Shown: one piece after another, positions 1 through 9,278 of the stretch
Numbering within the stretch: position 1 is the stretch's first letter
Layout of the letters: each line of letters starts with the position of its first letter
Program-made: the position numbers and the translations under genes
Notes under the pieces: model-generated
What the model was told of the DNA's origin: nothing
Seen by the model: only the letters and a program-made list of their open reading frames with translations
Databases searched by the model: none
Assembly (NCBI GenBank): GCA_019306065.1
Contig: JAFDMF010000005.1
Span: 843-64,842 of the forward strand
Length of the DNA: 64,000 nt
Origin: Deltaproteobacteria bacterium
GTDB taxonomy: Bacteria > Desulfobacterota > Desulfobacteria > Desulfobacterales > JAFDMD01
Direction: 5' to 3'

Positions 1-1
1 G

Positions 2-1009
2 CAAACCGAAGCAAGCAATAAAGCGAATCTTATAGCAAATATAACAAAAACCGTCAGATTATTCATTTATATATTTACTATGGCGGCGGGCGCTTATTTG
101 GTAGTTCATAATAAAATGAGCCCCGGAGGCATCATTGCCGCTTCAATACTTTCCGGCAAAGCTTTAGCGCCTTTTGACGCTGCAATAACCAATTGGAAAA
201 GCGTATTAACTATGCGAAGAGCTTATGAGCGGCTTAATAAAATGATGTTAAATCCAAACATCAGGGAAAAGGCTATGAAACTTCCGGCGCCGAAAGGAGA
301 TTTGAAAATAGAAAAGGTTATATACAAGCCGAAAAAAAGCGCAAAACCGATAATCAAAGGAATAAACATTAAAATTGCGCCCGGAGAATCGGTTTGTATA
401 ATCGGACCTTCCGGCGCGGGAAAAACAACTTTGGCAAAGCTTATTGCCGGAATATATAAACCGAACGCCGGAGTAGTTAGGCTTGATAATGCGGATATAT
501 ATACATGGGATAGAGAGGATATAAAAAATTATGTGGGTTATCTGCCCCAAGATGTGGAATTGTTTAACGGAAAGGTAAAAGATAATATCGCAAGAATGGA
601 TAAAGAAGCGGATCCGCAAAAAATTATAAAAGCCGCGCAAGAGGCTTTTGCTCACGAGCTTATATTACAACTGCCCAAAGGATACGAAACCGATATAGGC
701 GTCGCGGGTTCTGCATTGTCTGCCGGACAAAGACAGCGCATAGCGCTTGCAAGAGCATTTTATAACAACCCCAAACTTATAATATTAGACGAGCCGAATT
801 CAAATTTGGATAAAGAAGGGGAGATTGCTTTGGCAAAAGCGATTTTTAATGCAAAACAGAAAAAAACCACATTAATTATTATTTCTCACAGAGAAACAAT
901 ATTGCAGGTTACAGACAAAATTCTTGTAATAGATCAAGGAGAGGCAAAGCTTTTCGGGCATAAGGATAACGTATTACGTCAGCTTGCCGGAAAAGAGACA
1001 GAGATATAG
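2..1009 (+). CDS. Type I secretion system ABC exporter (permease/ATPase), C-terminal part; the 5' end lies outside the window
   Basis: The frame is open from the window edge. Walker A GPSGAGKTT, ABC signature LSAGQRQR and Walker B LIILDEP are present, and a HlyD-family adaptor gene follows. Confidence 0.9.
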   Translation, partial: QTEASNKANLIANITKTVRLFIYIFTMAAGAYLVVHNKMSPGGIIAASILSGKALAPFDAAITNWKSVLTMRRAYERLNKMMLNPNIREKAMKLPAPKGDLKIEKVIYKPKKSAKPIIKGINIKIAPGESVCIIGPSGAGKTTLAKLIAGIYKPNAGVVRLDNADIYTWDREDIKNYVGYLPQDVELFNGKVKDNIARMDKEADPQKIIKAAQEAFAHELILQLPKGYETDIGVAGSALSAGQRQRIALARAFYNNPKLIILDEPNSNLDKEGEIALAKAIFNAKQKKTTLIIISHRETILQVTDKILVIDQGEAKLFGHKDNVLRQLAGKETEI

Positions 1010-1136
1010 AGGAACAAAGTATAAGGCGTTTCGATAAGGTTGCTTTTTTTTTATGTCTTGTCAACAACCGCGGCAATGAGAAATTTTATAATTGTTAGCC
1101 TGTTTATATGATAGACTATGATTAAAAATTTGATAT

Positions 1137-1164
1137 GTAGATACGTTGCATGCAACGTCTTTAC
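1137..1164. repeat. PAL28 palindrome, imperfect copy (GTAGATACGTTGCATGCAACGTCTTTAC)
   Basis: It matches the 28-bp palindrome at 40452 and 45355 except for 2 positions. It lies in the ABC-HlyD intergenic gap. Confidence 0.8.
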
Positions 1165-1223
1165 TTTGCAACTTTGTATCTTAATTATAAAAAAAGAAAA
1201 ACAAAAAATGCGGAGTTGGAAAG

Positions 1224-2525
1224 TTGAAAAAAAATACTGAAAACAGCGCCGATAACGTTGCAAAAAAGCCGATAATGCTTGGACTATGGATAACCGCAGG
1301 GTTATTTGTCTTTTTCGGGCTATGGGCAGGATTTGCAAAAATAGAAAGCGCCGCAATAGCTCCGGGACATGTAAAGCCTAACTCCAATAAAAAAACAATT
1401 CAACATCTTGAAGGCGGTATCATAGAAAAAATATTAGTTATGGAAGGCGAAAAGGTTAAAGCGGGGCAGCCTTTAATAAAATTAGACCAAACTTCTACAA
1501 AGGCAAGCCTTGCCTTGCTTAAAAAAGAGGCGACATCTTTGCAAATAGAAAAAATAAGGCTTGAAGCGGAAAGAGACGGCTTAAAACAGCCGGCATTTGA
1601 TATAAAATTGGATTATAACCCAAGTTTTGCCGAGATAATAGAAGGGGAAAAAAATTTATTTGCAATACGAAAAAAAAGTTTGGCGGGTAAGATAGGAGCG
1701 TTAAATAAAAAAACAATTCAATTGCAACAACAGATAATAGGCTTTAAAGTTCAGGAAAAATCCGCAGCGCAGCAGATAGAACTTATTGAAGATGAAATGG
1801 GATCCGTAGAAAAACTTTTTAAAAAAAAGATGATCTCAAAATCCAGATTAATCGCCTTAAAAAAAGAGATCGCGAAATTAAAAGGAGACAGAGGCGAATA
1901 TATTGCAAATATTGCAAAAACTAAGCAGGGAATAAATGAAATAAAATTAGAGATAATAAATTTAAAAAACCAAAGAGAAAATGAAATAACGGATCAATTA
2001 CAAGATATTAGAAAAAAAATTGCGGATCTACAAGAAAAAATAACAGCCGCTTTAGACACATTAAACAGAACAACCGTAACCGCTCCGCAAGCCGGAATAG
2101 TTACGGGGCTTAATTTTCATACGCAAGGCGGAGTTATATCGCCCGGAGCGGATATAACCGATATTGTTCCCCAAGACGACGAATTAATTATAGAAGCAAA
2201 AATTGACCCTAAAGATATAGACGTAGTATATGCAGGGTTAAAAGCAAGAGTTAGGCTTTTGGCGTACAAAACAAAGAATGTTCCGATGTTAAGCGGAACC
2301 GTTCAAAACGTATCCGCAGACAGATTTACAGACAAACTAACCGGCGCCGCATATTTTGTGGTAAAGATCAAAGTAGATGAAAAGGAGCTTTTGCGGTTAA
2401 AAGAGGTAAAACTTTACCCCGGCATGCCCGGAGAGTGTTATATTGTTTTGGGATCAAGAACCTTTATCCAATACTTTTTAAGCCCGATTGCCGATACAAT
2501 GAGAAGGGCTTTAAAAGAAAACTAA
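1224..2525 (+). CDS. HlyD-family type I secretion membrane-fusion (periplasmic adaptor) protein
   Basis: 433 aa with an N-terminal TM helix (LWITAGLFVFFGLWAGF), a long coiled-coil middle and a C-terminal beta-barrel region (VTAPQAGIVTGL). It sits directly after the ABC exporter. The start is TTG, preceded by GGAG. Confidence 0.9.
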   Translation: MKKNTENSADNVAKKPIMLGLWITAGLFVFFGLWAGFAKIESAAIAPGHVKPNSNKKTIQHLEGGIIEKILVMEGEKVKAGQPLIKLDQTSTKASLALLKKEATSLQIEKIRLEAERDGLKQPAFDIKLDYNPSFAEIIEGEKNLFAIRKKSLAGKIGALNKKTIQLQQQIIGFKVQEKSAAQQIELIEDEMGSVEKLFKKKMISKSRLIALKKEIAKLKGDRGEYIANIAKTKQGINEIKLEIINLKNQRENEITDQLQDIRKKIADLQEKITAALDTLNRTTVTAPQAGIVTGLNFHTQGGVISPGADITDIVPQDDELIIEAKIDPKDIDVVYAGLKARVRLLAYKTKNVPMLSGTVQNVSADRFTDKLTGAAYFVVKIKVDEKELLRLKEVKLYPGMPGECYIVLGSRTFIQYFLSPIADTMRRALKEN

Positions 2526-2797
2526 TTTTTTGTTTGTAATATCAACGAGCGAGGCGCATAAAAAATGCTCGGCATCTTGTAACCCCGCCTGTTTTATTTC
2601 CAACTTTATATTTTAGAAATCCGCAGATAAAATTTTATAAATTCATTTGACTTTTAATAGAAAAAAAGAGATTGAATTAATAGTTGAAGTGAAAAGTTTT
2701 TAAAATTTTCGGGTTATACGTTTTATTGTTACTAATTTGAAAATTTTTATTTTCTGGAAATAAAATCCCCTGCAACTTAGAATCGGAGAAAAAATTT

Positions 2798-3439
2798 ATG
2801 GAAATTTCAGAGTATTTTAGATTGGCTATTCAACTTTATATCAAAAAATTAGGTTGGGGGTCACAAAAACGGATTGCGACTGCCATAGGAATTCAGCAGA
2901 GTTATTTAAGCGAATTTTTAAATAGAAAAAGAGCTATTTCGGAAAATGCAAGAGTTAGGTTTGCCGAGTATATTAATTTTAATTATGAAGAGCTTATAGC
3001 TTTGGGAAGAAAGCTTTCCAGACATTCAGCAGAGCAGTTAAACGAACAAAGCGAAGCTCTTGCAGGGAGATTCAAGCCAGAATTATTGCAGTTAATACGC
3101 AAAAAGAATAATGTAGCGATAAAGGATTTTGCAAGAATTCTTTATATTTCGGAAACCGAATATATTTTTAAAGAAGAGGGACTATTGCCTTTTACTTTTA
3201 TGGAATTGTCAATTTTATTTCAACATATCGGCTTAACTCAGAGTGAATTTAATAAAAGATTAGACAATGATATAAGTTTTAATATAGAATTTTTTAAAAA
3301 CAGGATTAAATCTTTACGGTCTGAAGAGAAACAGGAACTAAAAAGCAGATTACTCAAAGAACGTTCGGGATTAAAAAAAAAATTTGCTAAAACATATAGG
3401 AAATTAAATAAGGCTAAAAAGAATATCGAAATAGTTTAA
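2798..3439 (+). CDS. DNA-binding protein with two XRE-like helix-turn-helix segments
   Basis: SQKRIATAIGIQQSYLSEFLNRKRAIS and VAIKDFARILYISETEYIFKEEG both resemble HTH_3 cores. The C-terminal tail is basic. Confidence 0.55.
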   Translation: MEISEYFRLAIQLYIKKLGWGSQKRIATAIGIQQSYLSEFLNRKRAISENARVRFAEYINFNYEELIALGRKLSRHSAEQLNEQSEALAGRFKPELLQLIRKKNNVAIKDFARILYISETEYIFKEEGLLPFTFMELSILFQHIGLTQSEFNKRLDNDISFNIEFFKNRIKSLRSEEKQELKSRLLKERSGLKKKFAKTYRKLNKAKKNIEIV

Positions 3440-3461
3440 ATTGAACATTATATTATAAAAC

Positions 3462-6005
3462 ATGAAAGACAAATTTTTCGACGATAATACACAAAAAGCG
3501 GCTTATTTAAAAGAAGACGCCATCTTACGCATAAGGAACGGAAAAAGAGGTATTGTATTACTTATAGCGTTGAATCATATCTGTCATACTTTAGATTATT
3601 TTGTCTATCCGGATATGTTTCAAACCTTTTTTAAGATGCGCTGTATTTGGTCTTTTTTACTTATGTCGTTGTTTTTTTTATTATCAAAAAAAGATCTTGC
3701 GACAAAATATTATCATATAATCGGTTATATGTGGACTATGTTAATAGCTCTTCCGATATGTATTATGGTTTTTTTAAAAGACGGGTCGGTTTCTCCTTAT
3801 TATGCAGGACTTAATCTTGCTATAGTCGGAGCATGTCAAGTATTGCCTTATAATCACTTTGAAGCTATGAGATACGGTTTGACGATAGCTTTTTTTTATA
3901 CGATAGCCGTTCTTTTTCATGAAGAAACCCCTTTTAATTACAGCGTTTTTTATAATAACCTGCTTTTCATTATGCTAACGGTTATAATTAATGTTTATAT
4001 ATGTTATTTTTTTACGGAGATAAGAATTAAAGAGTTCAAACACAGATATAAACTTGAGGAAATGGATAAACTTAAAACCGAGTTTTATGCTAATATTAAT
4101 CATGAATTGCGAACTCCTTTGACAATGATTATTTCTCCTATAGAAAGAATTTTAAATAATGTGCCGGCTTTGCCGGAAACTGCCCGTAAACTTTTAATAT
4201 TAGCAAGAAATAATGGATTGCGTTTATTAAGTTTGATTAACGACCTTCTTGAAATATTACGGTTAGACGAATTAAAAAAGCAGATCGAATTGGTTCCGAT
4301 CAAAATTTCTTTATTAGTATCCGGAATAGTTAATTCCGTCAAATATATGTTTTCAGAACAGAATCAGCGGATTGATTTTATTAATAATTGCGGGGATACC
4401 GTTATACTGGGGGACATCTCGAGTTTGGAAAAAGTTTTGATAAATATATTAAGCAACGCGGCTAAATTTACGCCGACTGACGGAATGGTTGCCGTGTCTA
4501 TGCACGCGAATGAAGATAACCTTATAATAAAAATATGCGATACGGGAATAGGTATTTCGGAAGAAGAAATGCCTTTTATTTTTGAACGATTCAGGCAGGT
4601 AGATGGCTCGTCAACAAGAAATTATCGCGGAATTGGGTTAGGGCTTGCCATTACAAAAGAATTACTCGAAGAACAGAACGGAAGTATAAAAGTTGCAAGC
4701 CGTAAAGGAATGGGAACCACTTTTACTATTACCCTTCCCTTGTATAAAGGAGATTTGGAACTTTTTGTTTCGTCTTCTTCTAATTATGATATATTTGCAG
4801 ATACTTTTAGGAAGGCGGATTTGGCTAAAATACATATCTGGCATCATATAGAAAGACTGAATTTGGATAAGGAAAGTAGAAAATATAAAATTATGATTAT
4901 TGACGACGAACCGGATATGTGCCAATTTCTTATGTCATTATTTGAAGAAAAGTATATAACCGTTCAATCTCATGACGGGATTAGAGGTATAGAAAAAGCG
5001 TTGGAAGTAATTCCGGACGTAATTATTCTGGATGTAATGCTGCCGGGAATGGACGGCATTAAAATATGCAAAAGTTTGCGGAGTTATCCCGAATTGGAAT
5101 ATACTAAAATTATTCTTTTGACTGCAAGAACATATGAAGGTATAAAGATAAAAGGTTTAAAATCAGGAGCTGACGATTTCCTTACTAAACCTTTCAGCAG
5201 CACCGAAGTCATTACCAGAGTAGAAAACGTACTTAGGACATCAATTCAACAAAAGCAGATAAAAGAAGCTATGAATAAGCTAAAAGAGGTTGAATCTCAG
5301 CTTATCCAGAGCGAGAAACTTAATTCGCTTGGCGTGTTATCTGCCGGGATTATTCACGAAATAAATAATCCTTTAAATTTTATGAGCGGATATGTAGGAG
5401 GTTTAAGAAGAAAAAGAAAAGATTCCGACCCTGAAATAAAAGAGGCTGTAGATAATATTTATAAGGGGATAGAACGCATAACGCGTATTACTTCAAGCCT
5501 TAAAAAGTTTGCTTCCGGCGCAAAACGTTATGAACAACCTTTTTATATAAACGATTCTTTAAGAAGCGCTCTTACGCTTACAAGAGCAAAAATCAAAGAG
5601 ATAAAAATAACCGATCTGCTTAATAGAGAAAAATACAAGGTAATAGGTTTGCCTGATGAAATAGCGCAGGTTTTTATAAATCTGCTTATCAATGCGGCGG
5701 ACGCTTTTAAAAATATAGACAGAACGCCCGAAATAACTATAAGTTCGTTCAAAGAACAGGACAGATTATTTATAAAATTTAAGGATAATGGCTGCGGTAT
5801 AGAAAACTCAAAGCTTTCTCATATCTTTGACCCGTTCTTTACTACAAAAGAAACAGGCGAAGGCATGGGACTCGGTTTGAGTATCTGTTATAAAATTGTT
5901 AAAAATCATGGCGGAAATCTTAATGTAAATAGTAAATTGGACGAATTTACAGACTTTATTTTCGACTTGCCTATAATAGAAGATAAGGAGCAAAATAATG
6001 TATGA
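3462..6005 (+). CDS. Hybrid sensor histidine kinase (membrane sensor, HisKA/HATPase, receiver, then a second HisKA/HATPase)
   Basis: About 200 aa of multi-pass membrane N-terminus. First kinase: H-box HELRTPLT and G-boxes DTGIGI / GIGLGLAI. Receiver: IMIIDDEPD...DVMLPGMDG...LTKPF. Second kinase: H-box HEINNPLN, then DNGCGI and GMGLGLSI. Confidence 0.9.
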   Translation: MKDKFFDDNTQKAAYLKEDAILRIRNGKRGIVLLIALNHICHTLDYFVYPDMFQTFFKMRCIWSFLLMSLFFLLSKKDLATKYYHIIGYMWTMLIALPICIMVFLKDGSVSPYYAGLNLAIVGACQVLPYNHFEAMRYGLTIAFFYTIAVLFHEETPFNYSVFYNNLLFIMLTVIINVYICYFFTEIRIKEFKHRYKLEEMDKLKTEFYANINHELRTPLTMIISPIERILNNVPALPETARKLLILARNNGLRLLSLINDLLEILRLDELKKQIELVPIKISLLVSGIVNSVKYMFSEQNQRIDFINNCGDTVILGDISSLEKVLINILSNAAKFTPTDGMVAVSMHANEDNLIIKICDTGIGISEEEMPFIFERFRQVDGSSTRNYRGIGLGLAITKELLEEQNGSIKVASRKGMGTTFTITLPLYKGDLELFVSSSSNYDIFADTFRKADLAKIHIWHHIERLNLDKESRKYKIMIIDDEPDMCQFLMSLFEEKYITVQSHDGIRGIEKALEVIPDVIILDVMLPGMDGIKICKSLRSYPELEYTKIILLTARTYEGIKIKGLKSGADDFLTKPFSSTEVITRVENVLRTSIQQKQIKEAMNKLKEVESQLIQSEKLNSLGVLSAGIIHEINNPLNFMSGYVGGLRRKRKDSDPEIKEAVDNIYKGIERITRITSSLKKFASGAKRYEQPFYINDSLRSALTLTRAKIKEIKITDLLNREKYKVIGLPDEIAQVFINLLINAADAFKNIDRTPEITISSFKEQDRLFIKFKDNGCGIENSKLSHIFDPFFTTKETGEGMGLGLSICYKIVKNHGGNLNVNSKLDEFTDFIFDLPIIEDKEQNNV

Positions 6006-7155
6006 TTTTAAAAAATATTTGATACTCGTTGTAGATGACGAAGAACGAGCCCTTAATTCTTTCCGATATTCGTTCGGAGATGATTTCAATATTGTATTTG
6101 CAAAAAGCGCCACTGATGCTGAAAAAATATTAAGCGACAGATCTTCGGAAATAAGCGTTATATTAAGCGATCATAAAATGCCTAATGGAATTTCGGGTTT
6201 AGACTTTTTAAAAAAATACGCGATTACTCATCCTGATATTGTAAAAATTCTTACTACCGCTTATTCGAATCATGATCTTGCCATAGATGCCGTTAATTCC
6301 GGAGCTATTTATCAATATATAGTAAAACCATGGGAAATGGAAACCCTTTTTCAAATTCTGTTAAGAGGTTATGAACTTTTCATACTTCATAAAGAGAAAA
6401 AAATTTGGGAAATCGAAAGAATAAATATGCTCGAAAAGCTTATTTTTACGGATCGTCTTAGAAATCTTGCGACATTATCTGAAATTCTTCCTTTAAACAA
6501 CTCTATTTCCGCTTTAAAAAAATTTATAAAAATTCTCCCTCCGAATCTTTTATCAGACAAACAGGATACTATCGAATCTTTAAAAAATCTTATGAATAGC
6601 GCAAAGCAGAGAAACCGCCACTTTTTAGAGATTATAAGAGACATAAAAAAAATCATAGTAAAAGAACAGGATAATTTTATCAATTATTCGCTTGAAAATA
6701 TGCTTCAAGAGGAAAAATCTAAAATTGTAAGCGAAACAGATATTGATATTAAAATCGAAATTGATAAAAAACTTCCGGAGTTAGAAGGCGAAATAAACAT
6801 AATGCGCAGTCTTATAAGAATTCTTTTTAAACATTTGCGCGACGTTAATCAAAAGCCTTTAATAATAACCGCTGATCTGGTATTGATAAATGAAGCTATT
6901 AAAGGGGTGACTCTTTATTTTTCTTATGATTTCATTAAGAAAAAAGAAAAGCTTTGGAATTTGCTTCCGATCTTTTTTGCGATTTATCATCACAGCGGCG
7001 AAATAAATGTTACAAAAACTCAAATCGAAATATTTCTGCCCGTATCTCCTGATAGTATAGTAACGGACGAAACCGAAGATACGGAGCTTTTAAACGGTTT
7101 TTTCGATCAATTTGAAGTTATAAAGCATTATGAGGCATGGCTTTCGGTTATATAG
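5998..7155 (+). CDS. Response regulator: receiver domain fused to a degenerate kinase-like output region
   Basis: REC motifs LILVVDDEERA, LSDHKMPNGISG and VKPW. The start overlaps the kinase stop (ATGTATGA). The C-terminus lacks a phospho-accepting His box. Confidence 0.75.
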   Translation: MYDFKKYLILVVDDEERALNSFRYSFGDDFNIVFAKSATDAEKILSDRSSEISVILSDHKMPNGISGLDFLKKYAITHPDIVKILTTAYSNHDLAIDAVNSGAIYQYIVKPWEMETLFQILLRGYELFILHKEKKIWEIERINMLEKLIFTDRLRNLATLSEILPLNNSISALKKFIKILPPNLLSDKQDTIESLKNLMNSAKQRNRHFLEIIRDIKKIIVKEQDNFINYSLENMLQEEKSKIVSETDIDIKIEIDKKLPELEGEINIMRSLIRILFKHLRDVNQKPLIITADLVLINEAIKGVTLYFSYDFIKKKEKLWNLLPIFFAIYHHSGEINVTKTQIEIFLPVSPDSIVTDETEDTELLNGFFDQFEVIKHYEAWLSVI

Positions 7156-7325
7156 CTTTTTATCCGAAATATTACAATATGAGGAGGATAAAAAGATGTC
7201 TTATATTACAAGCGTAGAAAAAATCGGTATGGAAAAAGGGTATTACTTATTAGAATCTAATATAAAATTATAAAATCAATAATATTTATTTAATATCAAC
7301 TTATTTTGACGAAAGGAGGTTCCTT

Positions 7326-8474
7326 GTGGATTTTGATCTTACTAAAGAACAGGAAATGATTCGCAAAGAGGTCCGAAAGTTTGCCAAAGAGGAGATAGTC
7401 CCTGTAGCCGCCGAATTGGATGAAAAAGAGGAGTTTTCGGCGAAACTTACAAAAAAAATGGGGGAAATAGGACTGTTCGGGGTAATAGTTCCGGAAGAAT
7501 ACGGAGGACAAAACCTTGATTACCTGTCTTATATTATTGCCGTAGAAGAGGTTGCAAGAATAGACGGCTCGCAAGCCGCCACCATTGCCGCCGGTAATTC
7601 TTTGGGAATATCTCCGCTATTATATTTCGGCACCGAAGAACAAAAAAAAAAATATCTGCCGAAACTTTGCAGCGGAGAAGGTTTATGGGGATTCGGACTT
7701 ACCGAACCGGAAGCCGGATCCGATGCCGGAGGCACCCAAACCGAGGCAGTATTAGACGGAAACGAATGGGTTATTAACGGAACCAAAGTTTTTATAACAA
7801 ACGCAGCATGCGAGCTATCAATCGGAGTTACGGTTCAGGCAATTACAGGCAAAAGGGATAACGGCAAGCCGGAATATACCTGTTTTCTTGTAGAACACGG
7901 CACAAAAGGATTTGAGGCAAAGCCTATGCATGGCAAAATGGTTTGGAGAGCTTCCAACACCTCCGAACTTTTCTTTAAAGATGTCCGAGTACCCAAAGAA
8001 AATATTCTTGGAAAAAGAGGAGACGGATTTCGTCAAATGTTGAAAACATTAGACGGAGGCAGACTGTCCATAGGATCTATGGGGTTGGGAGGAGCGCAGG
8101 GAGCTTATGATCTTGCTTTAAAGTATGCCAACCAACGAAAACAATTCGGGCAGCCCATAAGCAAATTTCAAGCAATAGCCTTTAAACTTGCGGATTGCGC
8201 AATAGAATTGGAATGCGCAAGAAACATCCTATATAAAGCATGCTGGCTTGCAGACAAAAAAAGAGCTTACGGCAAAGAGGCGGCAATGGCAAAAGTTTAT
8301 TGCTCCGAGCTCATGGGAAGAGCGGCAAACCATGCAGTTCAGATACACGGCGGATACGGACTTATGAAAGAATACAACGTTGAAAGATTCTACAGAGATC
8401 AAAAACTGCTTGATATAGGCGAGGGGACATCCGAAGTTCAGCGAATTGTAATTTCAAGACATATAGGCTGTTAG
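7326..8474 (+). CDS. Acyl-CoA dehydrogenase (short/branched-chain type)
   Basis: 382 aa. GTG start after AAAGGAGG. Family motifs GLTEPEAGSDAGG, FITNA and the C-terminal QIHGGYG...ERFYRD...IGEGTSEVQR. Confidence 0.9.
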   Translation: MDFDLTKEQEMIRKEVRKFAKEEIVPVAAELDEKEEFSAKLTKKMGEIGLFGVIVPEEYGGQNLDYLSYIIAVEEVARIDGSQAATIAAGNSLGISPLLYFGTEEQKKKYLPKLCSGEGLWGFGLTEPEAGSDAGGTQTEAVLDGNEWVINGTKVFITNAACELSIGVTVQAITGKRDNGKPEYTCFLVEHGTKGFEAKPMHGKMVWRASNTSELFFKDVRVPKENILGKRGDGFRQMLKTLDGGRLSIGSMGLGGAQGAYDLALKYANQRKQFGQPISKFQAIAFKLADCAIELECARNILYKACWLADKKRAYGKEAAMAKVYCSELMGRAANHAVQIHGGYGLMKEYNVERFYRDQKLLDIGEGTSEVQRIVISRHIGC

Positions 8475-8492
8475 CAAAACGGAGGTTATAAA

Positions 8493-9275
8493 ATGAGTGA
8501 AAATATACTTATACTTGAAGAAAAAAACAAAATTGCGACAATAACCCTTAACAGACCGCAAGTTATGAATTCGTTAAATTTTGATCTTCTTTTTGCTTTA
8601 AAAGAAAAAATAGAATCAATACGTTTTGCGCCGAATATAAGAGTTGTTATAATTACGGGAGCCGGCGAAAAGGCTTTTTGCTCGGGCGCGGATCTTAAAG
8701 AGCGGGCGACTCTTCCGCCAATAAAAGTAAAAGAGTATATATATACCATCAGAGGATTATTTTCGTTAATAGAAAATTTAAATAAGCCGGTAATAGCAGG
8801 GGTCAACGGCATTGCTTTGGGAGGAGGAACAGAGCTTGCTTTGGCATCCGATATAAGAATAGTATCTTCAAATGCTTTAATGGGTTTAACGGAAACCAGA
8901 CTTGCCATAATACCGGGAGCAGGAGGAACCCAAAGACTGCCGAGACTTGTAGGAAAAGGAAAGGCAAAAGAGCTTATATTTACAGGACGCAAAGTAACCG
9001 CTGCGGAGGCTTTGGATATAGGATTGGCAAATCAAATATGCGAGCGGAAAGAACTTCTTGATAAATGCATGGAAATGGCGTCTATGATATGCAAAGCAGG
9101 TCCCATAGCTATAGAGCAGGCTAAATATGCTATCAACTACGGACTTGAAACCGATATAAATACAGGACTTGGAATCGAATCAAACGCTTATATGGTTACA
9201 ATCCCGACTCAAGACAGATTGGAAGGATTAAAAGCTTTTAAAGAAAAAAGAGAACCCATTTATAAAGGAGAATAA
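8493..9275 (+). CDS. Enoyl-CoA hydratase / crotonase family (methylglutaconyl-CoA hydratase-like)
   Basis: 260 aa. Oxyanion-hole motifs GAGEKAFCSGADL and GIALGGGTELALASD. It begins 18 nt after the dehydrogenase. Confidence 0.85.
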   Translation: MSENILILEEKNKIATITLNRPQVMNSLNFDLLFALKEKIESIRFAPNIRVVIITGAGEKAFCSGADLKERATLPPIKVKEYIYTIRGLFSLIENLNKPVIAGVNGIALGGGTELALASDIRIVSSNALMGLTETRLAIIPGAGGTQRLPRLVGKGKAKELIFTGRKVTAAEALDIGLANQICERKELLDKCMEMASMICKAGPIAIEQAKYAINYGLETDINTGLGIESNAYMVTIPTQDRLEGLKAFKEKREPIYKGE

Positions 9276-9278
9276 AAC

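Noticed and set aside
248-655. Many antisense or overlapping ORFs in the supplied track, for example 248-655(-), 8486-8992(-), 10241-10492(+), 19484-19744(+), 41673-42020(+), 46830-47267(-) and 51055-51426(-).
   Set aside because: Each lies entirely inside a longer ORF on the other strand or in another frame that has clear family motifs. Their translations are low-complexity or hydrophobic shadows with no motifs and no ribosome-binding sites.
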